The notes below the pieces were generated by a model. The model had not been told where the DNA came from and did not search any database. It saw only the letters and a program-made list of their open reading frames with translations. From assembly GCA_035437565.1 (NCBI GenBank), contig DAOMYL010000003.1, forward strand, positions 5,596 to 69,595: a stretch of 64,000 nucleotides of DNA, read 5' to 3'. The position numbers and the translations under genes were made by a program. The DNA comes from a bacterium (GTDB lineage Bacteria; Patescibacteriota; Gracilibacteria; BD1-5; UBA2023). This document shows, in pieces, positions 58,542 to 64,000 of the stretch (positions within the stretch are counted from its first letter, which is position 1; every line of letters starts with the position of its first letter).

Positions 58542-59695
58542 AACCCCCTGCGCCGTACGATCAAGAATCGCGCGAAATATCCGACAAGAAACATTGACAA
58601 AAAGATCATTCTCAGAAGGTCGGTGCTTTCGAGTGCGGTACGCACTGAGTCTGGAAAAGAGAAGATGACCGCTGCCTGTGCGATCCCGTTGATAAATACC
58701 TCAATGACCGCAAATCCCCCGAGGAGCTCTTTAATGTTTTTTATGTGGTCAACCCGATCACGATCGATCCGGGCGCGGCGCAGTTCCGATTCACGTTCGG
58801 CGGCACGGCGCGCGCTCTCGAGGACGGTTTCCTTCACGAGGGTATTCTTAGAGACGGCTTTTTCGTAGGAACGGAGCGTTGCCTTCGCCTTCCGTACAAA
58901 ATTATCGAAGTACCGGGACTCCGTGGCACCGAGCGTTTCAATGCGCGATTCCAGATTCTCCACATTGCCTTCTATCGACTCAATGTCGTAGGCGAGAGAG
59001 AAATTGAGAGAATCGAATCGCGAGACTTCCCGGTTGAGCTTCGCGAGAACATCATCTCCAAGACTCCGGCGAGACTCATCAGCCAAGAGGCGTTCGCATT
59101 CACGTACGATCTGCTCATGCATGACGAGTGATTCTGGGTAGACCCCTCAGAGAAAATGCTCGTGAAATCGGGCGATCTTGCGGGAGTATACGATAATGTG
59201 TTCGATATTCTTAAGAGCGTTGGTGAGGTACTCTTCATCCTCCTCAAGAGAAAAAACAACGTGTGTCCGGTCGAGACGTTTATGCGCGAGTCCGTAGGCG
59301 ATGTGGTCGAAATAGCGCATATTAGCCGAACAGTCCGTCACCGTGAGCAGTACATCATCGGTCGGGAGAGCCATGCCTCCGGATGGAAGATCCGGAATCG
59401 ACCCAAGAATCTGCCTGGACGATTCCACGAATCATGAGCCATCCACGGTCGAGTCGGACGATTCAACCGTGACGGAGTACTCAAAGAGGTCTACATCGAA
59501 AAAACGCTTCATCCGAAAACGGAGTATCTGCCCCGGAGTCGGAATCCAAGATGCTTCATCTCGTCGTGAAAACCGTCCGTCGAGTGCAGCGTGAACGACC
59601 GAAATATCATCGGTCGTCCGCGAAACGCTCGGATCTCGCAGGACCGGGAAGACTCGAACGTAGGCAGGATTACGAATCGGTATCGGTAAGTGCAT
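58538..59695 (-). CDS. hypothetical protein (385 aa): globular N-domain, coiled coil, two C-terminal TM helices
   Basis: Track ORFs 59432..59695, 59147..59428 and 58538..59122 share a frame; TGA at 59432 and 59147. Coiled coil IESIEGNVENLESRIETLGATESRYFDNFVRKAKATLRSYEKAV. TM helices LLGGFAVIEVFINGIAQAAVIFSF and LLRMIFLSMFLVGYFARFLIV. Confidence 0.65.
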
Positions 59696-60023
59696 GGGTG
59701 TGCTTTATCTGGTCGAGGACAATCGCGGACATAAGAGTAATGGAGTTGCAAATTTCGGCTTCGGTCTCATCGGTACCGGAGAGGTCCATATCCCGCGTCA
59801 CCGAGTCCGAGTATTCGATCGGAATCAGTGCGGTCTCCAGACCGGCACGCAGAGACGCAAGCGCGTTGGAGAGAGCAAGCGCATCCGATCGGCCCGATGT
59901 CCGCCAGACCTCCAGAAGCAATGCCACGATGTTATCGTGCTCGACCGGATCAAACAACCCGTCCTGGAGTGCGCGCGAGACCGAAGCGAGAAGCAAGCGG
60001 GATTCCTGAATCTGCGATAACAT
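59670..60023 (-). CDS. small helical hypothetical protein (117 aa)
   Basis: Uninterrupted ORF. Its ATG is 13 nt after the CHAT gene stop. Its TAA lies 26 nt inside the next gene. Confidence 0.55.
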   Translation of the reverse strand: MLSQIQESRLLLASVSRALQDGLFDPVEHDNIVALLLEVWRTSGRSDALALSNALASLRAGLETALIPIEYSDSVTRDMDLSGTDETEAEICNSITLMSAIVLDQIKHTHALTDTDS

Positions 60024-60036
60024 GGGAGTCTGGGAG

Positions 60037-62514
60037 TTATTCGGTCATGTCCGCACTCTGAGCCGGAAGTCCATCGAGATGCTCATCCGGAGAGCCGTAG
60101 TAAATGAACGCAGCCCATGATATATCCTGCGGATGACGCGAACGGAGGTACTTTTTCGACTCCACGAGCGATGATCCAATCGTGTCTCCGGCAAGTAGGT
60201 GTGAGTAGAAGCGTCCGGCAAAATCGCTCGCAGACACATCATTGACTGGCCACATGGTGGAAATGACACCCTTGGCCCCTCCGACTACGAATCCCGTGGC
60301 GATCCCCACGGATCCGAGCGGATCGGCATCGAAAATGCGATCCGAAGAAGGCACTTCGACGACAGTGTCGGAGAGCGCGCCAGATGAACAGGCATTGAGG
60401 AAAATCAGTGGATTCCCTCCGAGTGACCGCTTGATTTCAGTCACAGAGAGCAGCTGTCCGGAGGCGAGCACGAGACCGCTCTCATCGGGCGTATCACGGT
60501 CGTGCACGGCATGTCCAGCATAATGAATCACATCCCATGCCTGCCCGAGTAGCGGTACGAGATTCGGAATACTGGCATCCTCTCATCGTACTACCGTCAT
60601 ATCCGCAACACTCCGCATGGCAGCAATAATTGTCTCGACCTCTCGCTCCGTCCCCGGAAGATCTCCCGTTGGATTCACGATAAAGAGTATTCGAGGTTTT
60701 CTGTGTGTCTTGACAGGATTGACACGAATCTCGCCAGATACCAGCAACCCTCTTGCTATGGGATAGGAAAGCGCGAGAAATTTCGTACCATCGTGCATGA
60801 TCTCCCACGGAATCTCCTGCTCATCGGTACGGATCACGAGATCTCCGGATCGCGATGAGAGTGCCTCGCGTATGCGCTCGGAGAGGAAGAGTCGGTAGAT
60901 GGTATTGCCTGAGGTTTTGAGATCCGGAACGGACAACGGAAGGCTCGCAAGCTCATCAAGTGCCGTGCCGCGCACGATGGCAAGACGATTCACGGACGAG
61001 ACGAAAGCCCGAATTCCTTCGATCACCGCCTTACGATTCTCCTCAAGGACCTTTATAGAGCGTTCATAGAGGTCTCGGTATTCGATCCGGTATTCATTCC
61101 CGGTGCGAAATATTCGCAAGACATCGGTATTTTTTCGTTGGTCGTCCGAGGATTCCGTACGAGCGTCACGTACGGCAGATGCCCTCATGCGAGGTGACCG
61201 GCGAATCATCCAGATGATTCCTGTCATACCGAGAATCGCGACAAAGATAGCGACAAGAAGAGCTGGATCGAGAGATTCGAACGAGGAAGACGCTCTCGTA
61301 TCGGCGAGTACCTGTGGTTTGGATGACCCGATATCAGCGGTAGCGAGCAAACCGGATCACTCGATCTCGTTGCCACGCTCCTGCAAATCAACGGACTCAA
61401 GAGATTCCGAAGACTGAGGGGCTTGCGAGGATTCGTCCGTTTTTCCCGAGGCGGTGAGATTCTTTGTGTTTCTCTTCGTGTTTGGCGTCTGTGAGACAAC
61501 CCCCGTCCAACTCGGCGTATCCGGTGATTTGGTCACTTTGACACCGAGCGTATATTCATTGATTCGTCTCCTCGTATCATCTACGAACACTCGCAATGAC
61601 GAGGCCCTATCAGACACATATCAAACCGCCTCGAGATCATCGAGCGTGTATGAGATATTATTAATGCGCTCGAGCCATGCAACTCGCTCGGAGTCAGAGA
61701 GATCTTCGCGTGCGAGTGCCTTCGCGAGGAGGGATTTCTCGGATGCGAGATCGACTCCCTCGATGAATTCGATACCTGAACGCTTCCGATCGAGCTTCGA
61801 TTCGAGCGATGACAGGAGGAATTTCTGGGAAGGGGTCATACGTTCATCGTACTCCCGACGTAGCACAGCAATCCGCTCGATCGCTTTCGAAAGGTCTGCT
61901 TGCGAGTTGAGGTACGAGACCACGACTTCTGGCTTATTGCGCAGGAGATCCGGAGCGAGCGATTGGAGCGCGGAGTCCGAGAGGAGAGCGGATTTCTCCG
62001 GAAAGAGTCGTTTTCCGAAGCCGGACAGATCAACAATTTCCTCGCTGCATACGACCCGGCTGTTATCCATTACGATACAGAGGCGAGCGAAACGAGGCCA
62101 GGAATCCGCTCGCGCGAGGACGGAAGCATCCCCCTCGGACCCGAGAGAAAACGCCTGTCGATCCGCATCGTACGACACCGATCAGGGGGCATTTCTCTCA
62201 GAATTATCATAGTACCACAGGAGATTTTCACCCTGATAGGTCATTCAGACATCGTACTCATCGGCATAGATGAGCTTGAACCATGCGGCATCGCGCACTA
62301 ACCGAGAGTCTTGCGCGCTCCAGGAGAAGCGCACAATTCGATCGGACGGCATATCCACGGAAAAATGGATCCGATCCGAGACCACAGACGGATCTGACTG
62401 GACGACTGAGCGGGACTCCTCGGCATATACGAAGCCCGACCACCCGCAGAATAACAATGCGGCGAGACAGCAAAGGACCACATGCCGGGACGAGAAGGAA
62501 TCGAAGAAAGACAT
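60037..62514 (-). CDS. transmembrane CHAT-domain (caspase-like) protease, about 825 aa
   Basis: Track ORFs 62245..62622, 61621..62178, 61357..61617, 60583..61350 and 60037..60531 are all in one frame, joined by TGA at 62245, 62182, 61621, 61357 and 60583. Signal/anchor MSFFDSFSSRHVVLCCLAALLFCGWSGFVYA. Internal TM LLVAIFVAILGMTGIIWMI. CHAT core ILFIVNPTGDLPGTEREV ... VIHYAGHA (His) ... LIFLNACSSG (Cys) ... VISTMWPVNDVSASDFAGRFY. Confidence 0.75.
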
Positions 62515-62781
62515 ATGTCCCATGAAAGAGCAGTTCTCTCTCATCAGAATACCGCACTTTTTGTGCCATGACAACTTCTTGGGCGCAAGAATCGGCAACC
62601 CTCCCGAAAACCCGCCAGCCACGAATAGACGCGAAATCCAGATATTATGGCTTCATTCTGCCATGTTGCCACTTCGTACCGAACAATTTATTTATACGGG
62701 GTAAATTTTGGGATAACTTTTTTTCTGGCTTCGCAGAGGTGATACCGAGTGTTTCCTCAATACTGGCTCTTACTATTTTCT

Positions 62782-62811
62782 TTGACAAAACAAAATAGTG
62801 TTGCTTAATAT
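62782..62811 (+). promoter_or_regulatory. sigma70-like promoter with no downstream CDS
   Basis: TTGACA (62782-62787), 17-18 nt spacer, TTAATAT (62805-62811). Confidence 0.55.
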
Positions 62812-62814
62812 CAA

Positions 62815-62967
62815 CGTGCCACCGGGGAGATCAAATATCCCACCGGCACGGCCTCGGGCCAAGCCATATTCTTACCCTCATTCTTATGCGAGTGATGCAG
62901 TGGCACTAAAAATGAAAAAGCAAAATCTCTGACAAAAGGTTTTCCCGGGAGCAATCCCGGCTTTTTT
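62815..62967 (+). ncRNA. candidate small RNA of about 150 nt, class unknown
   Basis: Bounded by the promoter at 62782 and the terminator at 62944. No plausible ORF. Internal pairing potential: GTGCCAC with GTGGCAC about 80 nt apart, and GGCC-TCG-GGCC. Confidence 0.4.
62944..62967 (+). terminator. intrinsic terminator of the candidate sRNA
   Basis: CCGGGA-GCAA-TCCCGG followed by C then TTTTTT on the plus strand. The minus-strand reading has no adjacent T run. Confidence 0.65.
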
Positions 62968-62987
62968 GTGACCGAATCGCCCGGACC

Positions 62988-63356
62988 CTAGGCAACGGAG
63001 AACAGGAGTCGTTCAAAGAGATCCACGAGAGATTTTTCATCCCGGTATTCGTGGATCCGATCCGTCACAATTCGCAGGGATCCAGAGATCTTCGTGCCCT
63101 CGGCATGGATGCAGACGATCGGCTTGTCGAGCATATGAGCCCACCCGATCTCGATCCCGAGTCCCGTGGAGGGAAACGAAACCTCCGCCACCATGAGATC
63201 GCATGACCGAATGACTCCGAGTGAGTCTTTCGGAATATCACACAACTCGTAGGGAAAAATGATCTCATGCCGGGAATCGGCAAATCGTTCACGTACGGGC
63301 CGATACAGTGTCTCGCGGTAATCGAGATCCTTGGAGTGGCAGACGTATACGCGCAT
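62988..63356 (-). CDS. nucleoside 2-deoxyribosyltransferase-like protein (122 aa)
   Basis: MRVYVCHS ... DLMVAEVSFPSTGLGIEIGWAHMLDKPIVCI fits the Rossmann-like NDT/YtoQ pattern. Assignment rests on pattern memory only. Confidence 0.45.
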   Translation of the reverse strand: MRVYVCHSKDLDYRETLYRPVRERFADSRHEIIFPYELCDIPKDSLGVIRSCDLMVAEVSFPSTGLGIEIGWAHMLDKPIVCIHAEGTKISGSLRIVTDRIHEYRDEKSLVDLFERLLFSVA

Positions 63357-64000
63357 TATTCAGCTGACGAGGATGTATCGACATAGACAACATCGAGACC
63401 GAATCTCTCACGCAGATGCTCGCCCACGGCGATCGGCCCAAACGTCTCGGTCTCGTAGTGGCCACCGAGCACGAATGCCTGTCCCGCCTCGCGCGCCGAA
63501 ATAATCTGATAATGCACAGCCTCTCCCGTGATATAAGCATCGTATCATTCATCATGAGCCTCGAGTATCTGACTCCCGGCTCCTCCGGTCACCACGGATA
63601 CCGAACCGATCGTTTCCTTGCCTTCGAAATTGTAGAGGTCGGGGACGATGCCAATCTCCATGATCGCCTCGACGAACGCATCGGTCGTAACGGGACGGGA
63701 AAACTTGATTCCGAAACCGATCACGCTCCCGTAGTACTGGCCGAACGGTTCGATATTAGCGGACTCATCCTCTCGTCCGAGGGCTATAAGGAGGGCTCGC
63801 ATGAGTGCGATATTGTTGCCGGACTCGGGATGCCTATCGAGCGGGAGATGACAAGCGTAGAGCGCGATCCCTGCATCGAGGAAGCTGCGGACGCGGCGAT
63901 AGTGAAGCCCCGTGAGTACGGACTCATGTCCCCAAAACATGCCGTGATGGACGAACAGGAAATCTACCCCGAGATCTCGCGCCATGTCGGCAGTATACGA
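63356..64000 (-). CDS. NIF3-family dinuclear-metal protein, N-terminus beyond the window edge
   Basis: FLFVHHGMFWG, CHLPLDRHPESGNN and GGHYETETFG. TGA at 63545. Its TAA overlaps the next ATG (TAATG). Confidence 0.85.

Overview
Gene-dense 64-kb bacterial fragment in which TGA is a sense codon (glycine, translation table 25). That points to a Gracilibacteria/Absconditabacteria-type (CPR/Patescibacteria) genome; lineage is inference only. The six-frame track was made with the standard code, so most genes appear as 2-12 same-frame fragments separated only by TGA. I merged them by codon counting from track anchors. Every gene I could close ends in TAA or TAG. This gives about 55 protein genes, one tRNA-Glu(UUC), several sigma70-like promoters and intrinsic terminators. 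I saw no rRNA, CRISPR array, transposase or integrase. Recognisable genes: alaS, NhaP-type antiporter, grxC, malic enzyme, PrsW protease, murA, pyrG, efp, dnaA with a candidate oriC, FNR-like reductase, DUF167, GT4 and GT2 glycosyltransferases, THUMP methyltransferase, S51 peptidase, ppa, recJ, nth, glmS, phosphohexomutase, rplS, ftsE, rseP, hpf, ruvB, gyrB and NIF3. The accessory content stands out. There are two cytoplasmic giant ORFs of about 1400 aa with no motif I recognise. There is a tight operon of four exported or surface proteins, one of them a 1027-aa wall-binding giant. There is an SLH-PKD surface protein, and a three-gene module headed by a transmembrane CHAT (caspase-like) protease. 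Also present: an AT-rich one-gene islet, and two non-coding stretches that look like RNA genes I cannot classify by eye.
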